In this document: one piece after another, positions 1 through 8,694 of the stretch | How positions within the stretch are numbered: position 1 is the first letter of the stretch | Layout of the letters: the number at the start of each line of letters is the position of its first letter | Origin: Candidatus Woesearchaeota archaeon | GTDB lineage: Archaea > Nanobdellota > Nanobdellia > SCGC-AAA011-G17 > CAYFGV01 | Length of the DNA stretch: 53,064 nucleotides | NCBI GenBank assembly: GCA_964342845.1 | Contig: CAYFGV010000002.1 | Span: 1 to 53,064 of the forward strand | Reading direction: 5' to 3' | The notes under the pieces: model-generated | What the model was told of the DNA's origin: nothing | Seen by the model: the letters and a program-made list of their open reading frames with translations, nothing else | Databases searched by the model: none | Position numbers and translations under genes: made by a program

Positions 1-85
1 TAAAAATCCAACCAAAAAATGTGTTAAAGGATACATAAGAAACGTAAAGAGAATTAACATTTAAATAGCTATTGGAATGAATTTT

Positions 86-367
86 TCAAATAAGATATTC
101 TCTTATAATATAACCTACTGCTTGCCCAATTGCACCACCAGCAACATAACAACCAGTTTTTTCTACTAGATCCCTCCCTTTCCTTTTTTCAATTCTTCCC
201 ACTACAAAGCCAGTAAGAGCAATATTTGCAGTAAGATACTTGAACTTTTCTTCTTCTGATAGTCCAAAGAATTCTGCTGGAAAAAGAGTGCCCACAACAG
301 CCCCGAGAGTAAACCCTCTGATAAGATCCGATAAATTCAGTTTTGAAATAATTTTTTCTTTTGGCAT
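86..367 (-). CDS. hypothetical small membrane protein
   Basis: 93-aa ORF with Gly-rich hydrophobic segments; TATA-like TTTATAAA upstream. Confidence 0.6.
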   Translation of the reverse strand: MPKEKIISKLNLSDLIRGFTLGAVVGTLFPAEFFGLSEEEKFKYLTANIALTGFVVGRIEKRKGRDLVEKTGCYVAGGAIGQAVGYIIREYLI

Positions 368-480
368 TTTTACTTAAATCTAAGCAAAATCAAGATAAAA
401 TACATCTTTATAAATCTAACGAAGAAGAAAATCCTAAAAGATAGTAACCTTTATAAAACACCTATATCAACTAATTTCTT

Positions 481-906
481 ATGGAAATAATAAAACAATC
501 AGAGTCTCCTTTACTAAAAAGAAAAAGAATAGTATTTGTAATAGACCACACTTTAAAAGCTACACCCTCAAAAAAAGAAATAATCAAAAAAATAGCAGAA
601 TCACAAAAAACAAAAGAAGATTTAGTAGCAATAAGGCATATTTACAATAAATTCGGCTCTTCACAATCAAAAATCATAGTTCATATTTACAAAGATAAAG
701 AAACTTTATTGAATTTAGAACCTAAAAAACATCATCCTAAAGAAGAAGAAAAGAAACCAGAAGAAAAACCTGCTGAAGCTCCTAAACCTGAAGAAAAGAA
801 AGAGGAACCTTCTAAACAAGAAGTTAAACCTGAAAAAACACAAAAGGAAGAAACTAAACCTGCTGAAGCTCCAAAAGAAGAAACTCCAAAAGAAACTAAA
901 GAATAA
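481..906 (+). CDS. rps24e: 30S ribosomal protein S24e with long acidic/Pro-rich C-terminal tail
   Basis: SPLLKRK...ATPSKKEI...IYNKFG...IY motif; directly upstream of S27ae as usual. Confidence 0.92.
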   Translation: MEIIKQSESPLLKRKRIVFVIDHTLKATPSKKEIIKKIAESQKTKEDLVAIRHIYNKFGSSQSKIIVHIYKDKETLLNLEPKKHHPKEEEKKPEEKPAEAPKPEEKKEEPSKQEVKPEKTQKEETKPAEAPKEETPKETKE

Positions 907-908
907 AA

Positions 909-1145
909 ATGGCAAAGAAAAAACAAATAAAAAACAAAGTCCCATCAAAAGTGTGGACAAAATACAAATTAGAAGGAGACAAACTAACAAAAAAACAAAT
1001 GTGTCCTAAATGCGGAGAAGGCTATTTCTTAGCAGAACATAAAAACAGATCATACTGTGGAAAATGCCATTATACTCATTTCCAATCAAAAAAAGAAGAA
1101 CCTAAAATTGAAGTAAATGAAGAACATCCTAAAGAAGAAAAATAA
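909..1145 (+). CDS. rps27ae: 30S ribosomal protein S27ae
   Basis: CPKCGEGYFLAEHKNRSYCGKCHYT zinc ribbon. Confidence 0.96.
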   Translation: MAKKKQIKNKVPSKVWTKYKLEGDKLTKKQMCPKCGEGYFLAEHKNRSYCGKCHYTHFQSKKEEPKIEVNEEHPKEEK

Positions 1146-1197
1146 TTCTAAATTTCACCTAACAAACGATAAAAGGCTTTGCCAAAATTTTTCTGAT

Positions 1198-1803
1198 TTA
1201 TACTCCTAACTTCTTCAAATCTTCTTTTATTTGGGTTGGATTTTTAAACAAAAGTGTTTTCATTCCTAAATCTTTTGCAGGTGCTAGATTGTGCTCCAAA
1301 TCATCTGTAAATAAAATTTCATTTGGTTTACATCCAGCTTCTTTTATGGCAACTTCATATATTTCAGTTTGTGGTTTATGAAAACCTGTTTTGTATGAAA
1401 TTATCGTAAAATCAAAATTACCTGAGATTTTATATTTCTCATCTAAGTACGGCCACCATTCTCTTGTTTGATCAGACAAAAGTCCAATTTTATAACTTTC
1501 TCTTAATTTTTTAACAAGTTCAGGCATACCTGTCTGTGGTTCAAAAGAATCTAACAACTTTTTTCTTAAATCTTTCCAATTTGCCTTTATGTTTAATTCG
1601 CTTAAGCTTTTTTCCCAGAATTCTTTCTCAGGCATTTTCCCTGAGAAGTAAGGTTTATAATATTTTTTAATCATAACATCAATTACTTGCTGGTTTGTAA
1701 CATCAAAATTTTTTATAAGATAATCCTCTCTAAATATCCAGATTCCTCTATTAAGGTAAACTCCTCCCAAATCAAAAAGTATTGTTTTTATCTTTTCTGC
1801 CAT
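1198..1803 (-). CDS. HAD-superfamily hydrolase/phosphatase
   Basis: FDLGGV motif I, LLSD motif II, KP motif III, FTDD motif IV. Confidence 0.9.
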   Translation of the reverse strand: MAEKIKTILFDLGGVYLNRGIWIFREDYLIKNFDVTNQQVIDVMIKKYYKPYFSGKMPEKEFWEKSLSELNIKANWKDLRKKLLDSFEPQTGMPELVKKLRESYKIGLLSDQTREWWPYLDEKYKISGNFDFTIISYKTGFHKPQTEIYEVAIKEAGCKPNEILFTDDLEHNLAPAKDLGMKTLLFKNPTQIKEDLKKLGV

Positions 1804-2648
1804 TTTATCAATAATAAAACTCCTCCCAATATTAAAAAGCTTCCGATAATCTGTATAAAGTTAGGAAGTTCTGAAAAAACAATAAATGCAAAAAATATTG
1901 TAAAAATAGGGGCCAATGCTCTTATTGTATTAGAAGTTCCCAATTTCAAATATTTTAAAGAATTATAGAATAGTTCAAAACCTAAAAATGCACACAAAAA
2001 AGACCCTATTATCAATAGAGGTATGTTTGCTACTTCTAAAGTTAAAGTAATTCCTTGAAAAAACGAATATAATAATCCAAAAAGTGCAATGAAAGATAAT
2101 CTAACAAGATTAATTGTTTTAGGAGAGATATTTTTGATATATTTTTTAGCTATAAACGAAGAAGTAGCAAAGAAGAAAGAAGCAACCAAAACCAAAAATG
2201 TTCCTTTTACAAAAGAGATTCCTTGATTCCAATTAATTATAAAAACTCCAATAATCGCAAAAATTATCCCTAAAAACTCAGGAAGATTGAATTTCTCTTT
2301 TAATAATATTAATGAATATATTAAAACAAATACAAAGACGAACTGAGTAATAAATGACGTCAAAACAGGACCGATGTTTTTTAATCCTGTTAGGAAAAAA
2401 ATTGAAGCCAGCCCCTCAGCTAATCCAAGAAAGATTAACAGAGAAAATTTACCTTTAATTTCGCTTAAAACTTTATGTTTCTCCTTCAAACTGAAAATAA
2501 GAGAAAAGATAAATGCAGACAAAAACCAATAAAACAAAACATTAGAAATTGATTCTTTTCTTAATAAGATTGTGAAAAAGATGTAAGAAAGACTTAATAG
2601 AATTGAAGAGAATACTATAAAAATTAATCCTTTTTGTTTATTATCCAT
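1788..2648 (-). CDS. DMT/EamA family transporter
   Basis: About 10 TM helices in two repeats (LLKEKF; F.ELP..QIIG); start moved to ATG at 2648. Confidence 0.88.
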   Translation of the reverse strand: MDNKQKGLIFIVFSSILLSLSYIFFTILLRKESISNVLFYWFLSAFIFSLIFSLKEKHKVLSEIKGKFSLLIFLGLAEGLASIFFLTGLKNIGPVLTSFITQFVFVFVLIYSLILLKEKFNLPEFLGIIFAIIGVFIINWNQGISFVKGTFLVLVASFFFATSSFIAKKYIKNISPKTINLVRLSFIALFGLLYSFFQGITLTLEVANIPLLIIGSFLCAFLGFELFYNSLKYLKLGTSNTIRALAPIFTIFFAFIVFSELPNFIQIIGSFLILGGVLLLIKWQKR

Positions 2649-2692
2649 TTTAATATAGTTTAATGAAAGCAATTAATAAAGTCATATCAAAA

Positions 2693-2727
2693 AATAAAAA
2701 AAAGCTAATGGTTTTTAGGCCACCAGC
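2693..2727 (-). terminator. hairpin plus U-tract downstream of ftsZ
   Basis: Minus strand GCUGGUGG/CCAUUAGC stem followed by a long T-run. Confidence 0.5.
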
Positions 2728-2795
2728 AAAAAAGTTCATAAGTGGGTTTAAAGCTTTTAAGGGGGGTTAAAAGGAAATAAAGAAAACTAACCCAC

Positions 2796-3869
2796 TTATT
2801 TGAGCATATCTATTCCTAACTCTCTTGTTAAACCAACTGCTTCAGGCGAAGGTTGTGTATGGTCTATCTTCCCTAAAATATAAGGAGATTTTACTCCTGT
2901 TATAATTGTCATTACTCTTACTTTTCCAGCCATCTCTTTTTCTACTCTAGCGCCCCAAATTACATTTGCATCTTGGTCAAGAGCTTGTGTAACTGTGTTA
3001 CCTATGTGATTGACTTCATCCAAAAGAAGATCTTCTCCTCCGGTTATATGGATTAATGCGCCAGTTGCACCTTCATAGGTCACATCTAATAAAGGGTTAT
3101 TTAGAGCACGCCTAATAGCTTCTTCAACTTTTCTCTCACTATCAGATTCACCAATACCAATAACACTTACACCACCATCAGACATAATTGCTTTAACATC
3201 AGCATAATCTAAATTAACCAACGAAGGAATCGCGATTATTTCTACTATTCCTTTGATCATAGTGCTAATTAACTCATTAGCTACTGCAAATGCTTGTTTT
3301 ATAGGTAAATTTCCAGCAATATTAACCAACCTATTATTGTCTATAACAATTACAGTATCAGAAACCTGCCTTAATTGTTGCAAACCAAATTCAGCTTTAT
3401 CTATTCTTGCTCTTTCTATTTGAAAAGGCATTGTAACAGTACCAATTACAATAGCACCTGACTGTTTTGCTAGTTGAGCTATTATAGGGGCTGCACCTGT
3501 TCCTGTTCCTCCGCCCATTCCAGCACATATAAACACCATATCAGTATCTTTAGTAACATCCTTTAAAGCCTGTAAACTCTCTTTAGCAGCTTCCATACCT
3601 TTATTAGGATATCCTCCGCAACCAAGACCCCTGGTAAGATCTTTTCCCATTAATATTTTTTTATCTGAAGAAATTATATCAAGGTGTTGTTTATCTGTAT
3701 TAGTAGCAATAACCTCTGCTCCTTGAACACCTTTGTTATAGAGCCAGTTTACCATATTAGATCCACCGCCACCACAACCAATGACTTTGATATTTGCTTG
3801 TCCCACTACTAAGTTATCATGATTTAATTCTTGTGTTGTTTTTAACGCATCTTGTATTATAAAATCCAT
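2796..3869 (-). CDS. ftsZ: cell division GTPase FtsZ (FtsZ2-like)
   Basis: GCGGGG, GMGGGTGTG tubulin signature, NLDYAD T7 loop; DNNRL and PSLVNLDYAD resemble archaeal FtsZ2. Confidence 0.97.
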   Translation of the reverse strand: MDFIIQDALKTTQELNHDNLVVGQANIKVIGCGGGGSNMVNWLYNKGVQGAEVIATNTDKQHLDIISSDKKILMGKDLTRGLGCGGYPNKGMEAAKESLQALKDVTKDTDMVFICAGMGGGTGTGAAPIIAQLAKQSGAIVIGTVTMPFQIERARIDKAEFGLQQLRQVSDTVIVIDNNRLVNIAGNLPIKQAFAVANELISTMIKGIVEIIAIPSLVNLDYADVKAIMSDGGVSVIGIGESDSERKVEEAIRRALNNPLLDVTYEGATGALIHITGGEDLLLDEVNHIGNTVTQALDQDANVIWGARVEKEMAGKVRVMTIITGVKSPYILGKIDHTQPSPEAVGLTRELGIDMLK

Positions 3870-4122
3870 TTTTTTATCTTCCCCCTTTATCTTATTAAAA
3901 AGTATATTCTAGACTACAACAGTCTTTATATTATAGTACATCCATACTTTCCTTAGAAATAGTTTTTATCTGCCCGGTAAAAGCTAAGCTCAATCAAATT
4001 GATACAAGGAAAAAGTTTAAGCCCGAGATTTGAGTGCCCAATTCAAATCTTAATTAAATCTATTTTTATTAAATCATATTTAATATATAAATATTATTGA
4101 ACTAAAATATATATTTCTTAGT

Positions 4123-4455
4123 TTATACTTTTAAATTATCCAACCTATTTCTAATTTCATCTAATTCTTTATCAACACCACTAACAAATCTATGATCTTT
4201 GCTAACATCAACCCTTCCCTCTGAAAAATCTAATTTAGGCATATCTCTTTTCACTTTATTCAAATCTTTATGTATATCTTTCAAAACAAGCATGAGTTTA
4301 TCAGTTAATTCATGTTTTATTCCCTTTAAAACCTTAAGATTATCAAAACTTTTTAGATTAAAAATAGTAAACTCAGCACCCTCTAATATATCCTTTCTAA
4401 AATATTCAGGCTCCTCCAACCTTATTCTCAAGGCACTTTCTTTAGTTTTAGCCAT
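4123..4455 (-). CDS. hypothetical coiled-coil protein
   Basis: 110-aa ORF with genome-typical composition, coupled to upstream ORF. Confidence 0.7.
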   Translation of the reverse strand: MAKTKESALRIRLEEPEYFRKDILEGAEFTIFNLKSFDNLKVLKGIKHELTDKLMLVLKDIHKDLNKVKRDMPKLDFSEGRVDVSKDHRFVSGVDKELDEIRNRLDNLKV

Positions 4456-4457
4456 TA

Positions 4458-4949
4458 TTAAACCTTAAATAATTTATTATCAATCTCCATAAGTTTATCT
4501 TTAATGTTATTCAGATCCTTATGCCAGTTATCTAGCTCTTTTTCTTCTCTAACTCTTATCTTAGTTAACTCATCCATTATTTTCTCAGCATCTTGAATCT
4601 TATTTTTAATCATATCTACTTTAGCTAAAACAACCTTATAATCTTCAATTTCAACAAACATATGTCCTTCTTTCTTTTCAACAGCCATATGTCTTTCTTC
4701 CTTTTCCATAGGCATAAGTTTTGGCATCTCTACTTTTGGCAGCAAAACATCTTTTTTCAAATAATCAAACTTTTTAGGCATAGTTGGTGATTTCGCTCTT
4801 TTAGGAATATTCATATCTTGTTTTTTAGCAAGATCACTTAAAATCGGTTCTTTTTTATATACTGGTACATCTAAATTTGATATCCTTTTCTTAACAGAAA
4901 ACTCTTTAGAAATATCAGGAAAACTTTGCTTTTTTTTAAACGGCCACAT
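4458..4949 (-). CDS. hypothetical protein with C-terminal coiled coil
   Basis: 163-aa ORF with GGAGG RBS; heptad-rich C-terminus. Confidence 0.75.
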   Translation of the reverse strand: MWPFKKKQSFPDISKEFSVKKRISNLDVPVYKKEPILSDLAKKQDMNIPKRAKSPTMPKKFDYLKKDVLLPKVEMPKLMPMEKEERHMAVEKKEGHMFVEIEDYKVVLAKVDMIKNKIQDAEKIMDELTKIRVREEKELDNWHKDLNNIKDKLMEIDNKLFKV

Positions 4950-5092
4950 ACTATCTACCTCCTTTATAACAGAGTTATTTATAACACTCTTCTTAAATAT
5001 TTCTCACCACTATAAGATAATCAATTTAACCCAATATCAAAAGCTTTTTAAACCCTTAATTCCTAATTAAAACAGCTTAAAAGGGGAAAATA

Positions 5093-5608
5093 ATGGAAGA
5101 TTTGCAGAAAAAAATAGAAGAACTACTAATTAATGTAATTGGTGAAGAATCTTTACCAATAGCAGAGCTTATCATAGAAGGAAAAGAAAATGTTTCTGAA
5201 TTCAAAATAGCAGAACAATTAGGTTTAACTATAAATCAAGTAAGAAACATTCTATACAAATTACAAAAACATAATCTAATTTTTTCAACAAGAAAAAAAG
5301 ATAAGAAAAAAGGTTGGTATGTATATTACTACACATTTAACTTTTCACATGCAAATTCATTATATGACTCACTAAAACAAAATAGAATAATATCTATAAA
5401 ACAACAAATACAAGAAGAAGAATCAAGAAACTTTTATGTTTGCCCAAGAAAATGTAAAAAACTTCCAATGGAAGAAGCATTAGCTAACAACTTCCAATGC
5501 CCGGAATGTAACAGAATTCTAAAAGAAGCAGATTCTACAAAAGAAATAAAAGAACTACAAAAAAAACTAATTATGTTACAAGAAGAGCCAGTTAAAGCAG
5601 AAGCATAA
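5093..5608 (+). CDS. tfe: transcription factor E (TFIIE alpha)
   Basis: wHTH (IAEQLGLTINQVRNILYKL), KKGWYVYYY, then CP..C / FQCPEC zinc ribbon. Confidence 0.93.
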   Translation: MEDLQKKIEELLINVIGEESLPIAELIIEGKENVSEFKIAEQLGLTINQVRNILYKLQKHNLIFSTRKKDKKKGWYVYYYTFNFSHANSLYDSLKQNRIISIKQQIQEEESRNFYVCPRKCKKLPMEEALANNFQCPECNRILKEADSTKEIKELQKKLIMLQEEPVKAEA

Positions 5609-5640
5609 AGCTTTAAATATTCTTTTATTATAATTTACTT

Positions 5641-6645
5641 ATGATACAAATAAATGGTTCAGAAGCAGGAGGACAAATATTAAGAACAGCCTTGGCTTTA
5701 TCCGTTTTAACAAAAAAACCATTTAAAATAACAAATATAAGAGCAAAAAGACAAAAACCAGGTGTAAAAGTACAACATTTAGAATGTATGAAAGCAATCC
5801 AAGAAATTTGTAATGCAGAAATCAAAGGAGCATACCTAAAATCAAAAAACCTAACTTTTATCCCAAAATCAATTAAAAAAACAAAAATAAATATAGAAAT
5901 ATTCACAGCAGGTTCTATAAATCTGGTTTTACAACCCTTACTAGTCATAGGGACAAATTCAGATTTAGATATAACTATCAAAGGCGGCGCAACTTATGGA
6001 AAATGGGCTCCACCAGTCCATCATCTAGAAAACGTTTTAAAATTCTTCTTAAATGAAATGAATTATAACTTCAAAATAAACATAAAAAAACATGGATTCT
6101 TTCCTAAAGGTGGCGCTCTACTTGAAATTTTTACAGAAAAAACAAACTTAAAATCAATAGAACTATTAGAAAAAGGAGAGATAAAAGAAATAAAAGGAAT
6201 TTCAGTAGCTTCTTCAATTTTAAAAAACAAAAAAGTAGCAGAAAGACAAACAAAAAAAGCTAACGAATTAATCCAAAAACATTTCAGCTTAAAACCAAAA
6301 ATAGAAACTAAATACGTAAATTCTATTTGCGCAGGTTCAGGTTTACAAATTTGGATAAAAACACAAAATTCAATAATATCAGGAAACAGCTTAGGAGAAA
6401 TAAGAAAAAGTTCAGAACAAGTAGCAGAAGAAGCATGCAATAATTTAATTTTTGAGTATGAAAACTCTGTTATAGATAGCAGAACAGCAGACCAATTATT
6501 ACCTTACTTAGCCTTAACATCAAAAGGAAAAATAAAAACATCTAAAATAACAAACCACATAAAAACTAATTGCCAGGTGATTGAACAGTTCCTTCCAGTC
6601 AAATTTGAAATAAAAGATAATTTAATTGAATGTCGAAAACTATAA
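5641..6645 (+). CDS. rtcA: RNA 3'-terminal phosphate cyclase
   Basis: GSEAGGQILRTALALS, GFFPKGG, ADQLLPYLA, catalytic H in TNHIKTN. Confidence 0.95.
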   Translation: MIQINGSEAGGQILRTALALSVLTKKPFKITNIRAKRQKPGVKVQHLECMKAIQEICNAEIKGAYLKSKNLTFIPKSIKKTKINIEIFTAGSINLVLQPLLVIGTNSDLDITIKGGATYGKWAPPVHHLENVLKFFLNEMNYNFKINIKKHGFFPKGGALLEIFTEKTNLKSIELLEKGEIKEIKGISVASSILKNKKVAERQTKKANELIQKHFSLKPKIETKYVNSICAGSGLQIWIKTQNSIISGNSLGEIRKSSEQVAEEACNNLIFEYENSVIDSRTADQLLPYLALTSKGKIKTSKITNHIKTNCQVIEQFLPVKFEIKDNLIECRKL

Positions 6646-6672
6646 AAACTAAAAAATCTTAAAATCTATAAA

Positions 6673-6825
6673 ATGGGAATAAAACATCAAAAAAGAACAG
6701 ATCTTCCTAAGCAAATTCCTAAAAGCACAGAAGGAAGCTGTCCTTATTGTCATAAACATACAAAGAATATAGAGGCCCATATAAAGTCTAAACACAAAGA
6801 AGAGTTAGAGTCTTGGGAAAAATAA
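6673..6825 (+). CDS. small C2H2 zinc-finger protein (50 aa, not in ORF track)
   Basis: Manual translation MGIKHQ...GSCPYCHKHTKNIEAHIKSKHKEELESWEK. Confidence 0.75.
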   Translation: MGIKHQKRTDLPKQIPKSTEGSCPYCHKHTKNIEAHIKSKHKEELESWEK

Positions 6826-6868
6826 AATCCAAAACCTTTAAAAACTACCCTTTTCTTTAAATCATAAA

Positions 6869-7303
6869 ATGTTAGATTCATTTTTTAACGCAATCTTCGG
6901 CTCAGTAATAGAGTCTTCTCCAGTGGGAGGGATTATCTTAATTTCTTTTATATTAACATTATTAATTACAGTAGCTTACAAATACTTTACAGACCAAGAA
7001 GTTCTAAAAAGCTTAAAACAAGAAATGAAAGAAATGAGAAAAGAAATGAAAGAATTCAAAGACGATCCAAAGAAAATGATGGAGCTTCAAAAGAAATCAA
7101 TGCAGAAATCAATGGAGCAAATGAAAATGACATTTAAACCAATGTTGATAACACTTTTACCTTTACTTGTAGTTTTCTCTTGGTTAAGAGCAACTTACAC
7201 AGATCTAGGAGATGTCTTCCTAGGATTATCATGGATATGGACATACATCATCTTTTCAATTGTATTTAGTATGACACTAAGAAAAATTTTAAAAGTACAC
7301 TAA
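6869..7303 (+). CDS. DUF106 / EMC3-TMCO1 (Oxa1 superfamily) membrane insertase
   Basis: TM1, Met/Lys coiled coil, KPMLIT TM2, WIWTYI TM3; adjacent to rpl34e as in other archaea. Confidence 0.9.
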   Translation: MLDSFFNAIFGSVIESSPVGGIILISFILTLLITVAYKYFTDQEVLKSLKQEMKEMRKEMKEFKDDPKKMMELQKKSMQKSMEQMKMTFKPMLITLLPLLVVFSWLRATYTDLGDVFLGLSWIWTYIIFSIVFSMTLRKILKVH

Positions 7304-7319
7304 TAGGAGGAATAAAAAA

Positions 7320-7586
7320 ATGCCAGCAGGAAAACATAAATCAAGATCATTAAGGAGAATCCACGTAAAAACACCTGGAGGAAAAAATAAGATCCATTAC
7401 AAACCAAGAAAACCAAAAATTGCAAAATGTGCTAGTTGTAAAAAACCACTACACGGAATACCAAGGTTAATTGCTTCAAAATTCAAAAACCTAGCAAAAA
7501 CTAAAAAAAGACCACAAAGACCATTTGGTGGGAATCTTTGTTCTAAATGCTCTAGGAAAGAAATAATAAAAAGAATTAAAATTTAA
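7320..7586 (+). CDS. rpl34e: 50S ribosomal protein L34e
   Basis: KTPGG, CASC, RPQRPFGGNLCSKC. Confidence 0.97.
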   Translation: MPAGKHKSRSLRRIHVKTPGGKNKIHYKPRKPKIAKCASCKKPLHGIPRLIASKFKNLAKTKKRPQRPFGGNLCSKCSRKEIIKRIKI

Positions 7587-7588
7587 AA

Positions 7589-8083
7589 TTATACTTTTCC
7601 TAAATTTTTTAAATCGATCTTATCAACATCTCTCATTAATTTTCTTTTATATTCAACGAGTTCTTTTTTAGAAATGATTGGGAGTTCTAGGCCGAATATT
7701 TTTTTGATTGTAGATTTTGACAACTCGTCTCCAAGAGTTTGCCATTGTCCTGTTTTTGAATCAAGAAACTTACATCCTTTATCTCCACCGATTTCAATAG
7801 TAATTCCATCTTTTTCTAGTTCCATATAATAACATTCCCAATTTTCTGATTTTGAAACATGAGGTGGTTCAACAACATATTCTTTTACTTCTGGAAGAAG
7901 CTTTTGGAAATCTTCATTTTTCATAGATAAATCAATATCTACTAACATTCTTTTTGAGCCATGTGCATATGCAGCTAATCCTCCGAGAATATTGAATTGT
8001 ATTCTTTTTCTTTTCAATACATTAACAATCCACTTTAAGGTTTTTACATATGATTTTTGATCAACTTCTTTAAATTCTTCCAT
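7589..8083 (-). CDS. nucleotidyltransferase-fold protein
   Basis: ILGGLAAYAHG...VDIDL (GG...DxD) and C-terminal R..DK.D. Confidence 0.75.
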   Translation of the reverse strand: MEEFKEVDQKSYVKTLKWIVNVLKRKRIQFNILGGLAAYAHGSKRMLVDIDLSMKNEDFQKLLPEVKEYVVEPPHVSKSENWECYYMELEKDGITIEIGGDKGCKFLDSKTGQWQTLGDELSKSTIKKIFGLELPIISKKELVEYKRKLMRDVDKIDLKNLGKV

Positions 8084-8188
8084 GCAAGTTAAAAAGAACC
8101 TTATGTTTATTAATTTAATGGAAACATGTTTACTTATATTTAGAACTAATAAAAAATAAAAAAGATCATAATTTCTGAACTAAACCCT

Positions 8189-8404
8189 TTAGGATTTTTT
8201 TCTGTTCTCAAGTATACTTTTTGCAGCAGCAGCCCGAATTTCGGTATAATCTCCTGTGAGAACGCTAGCATAGCTACACAACACTTTTTCAGGTAGATTT
8301 TTTTCATCCCAAGCTTCAATTGCCTGAGTTAACTCTTCTGCCGTATTATCTTCTTGTTCTTGTGCATACTTTAGGTATCTTGTCAATTTTGATATTCCTC
8401 TCAT
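8189..8404 (-). CDS. hypothetical protein
   Basis: Start moved to ATG 8404 (GGAGG RBS); track start overlaps the BRE/TATA at 8440-8455. Confidence 0.6.
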   Translation of the reverse strand: MRGISKLTRYLKYAQEQEDNTAEELTQAIEAWDEKNLPEKVLCSYASVLTGDYTEIRAAAAKSILENRKKS

Positions 8405-8531
8405 ATTTACTTCCTCCTGTTTTTTATAAGAGGTACTCATTTATAAACCTTTCGTTTATTTACTACTTTATAGTTAGTATATAAACATCCCCAAATAGAA
8501 GAAATAGATAAATAAAAAGAATTAAAATTTT

Positions 8532-8666
8532 TTATAATCCTAATTTCTTTTTAACTTCAGCATGTGACACTGTTTTCCCTTCTTTAATTTCTTTTTCAGC
8601 TTGTTTTATATTCTTTTTAGTTTCTTCGGATAATTCCATTGTATCTTCTTTTAATCTTTTCTTCAT
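8532..8666 (-). CDS. 44-aa antitoxin-like mini-protein (not in ORF track)
   Basis: MKKRLKEDTMELSEETKKNIKQAEKEIKEGKTVSHAEVKKKLGL; AGGAG RBS; resembles C-terminal half of archaeal RelB-type antitoxins. Confidence 0.6.
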   Translation of the reverse strand: MKKRLKEDTMELSEETKKNIKQAEKEIKEGKTVSHAEVKKKLGL

Positions 8667-8694
8667 TTTCCTTCTCTCCTTTATAAAATTCTTT

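Larger units (their letters stand above)
7565..8530. repeat. 20-bp perfect direct repeat AATAAAAAGAATTAAAATTT at 7565-7584 and 8511-8530
   Basis: Read directly; first copy is the rpl34e 3' end. Confidence 0.7.

Noticed and set aside
1..64. Open frame at the window start (…KCVKGYIRNVKRINI*)
   Set aside because: Too short a fragment to assign
740..903. KPAEAP/EEK repeats in the S24e tail
   Set aside because: Low-complexity acidic tails are common on archaeal ribosomal proteins
715..990. Phe/Ser-rich antisense ORFs here and opposite rtcA, rpoD, copA, pyrD, trmI and others
   Set aside because: Shadows of strongly purine-rich coding strands; no independent motifs
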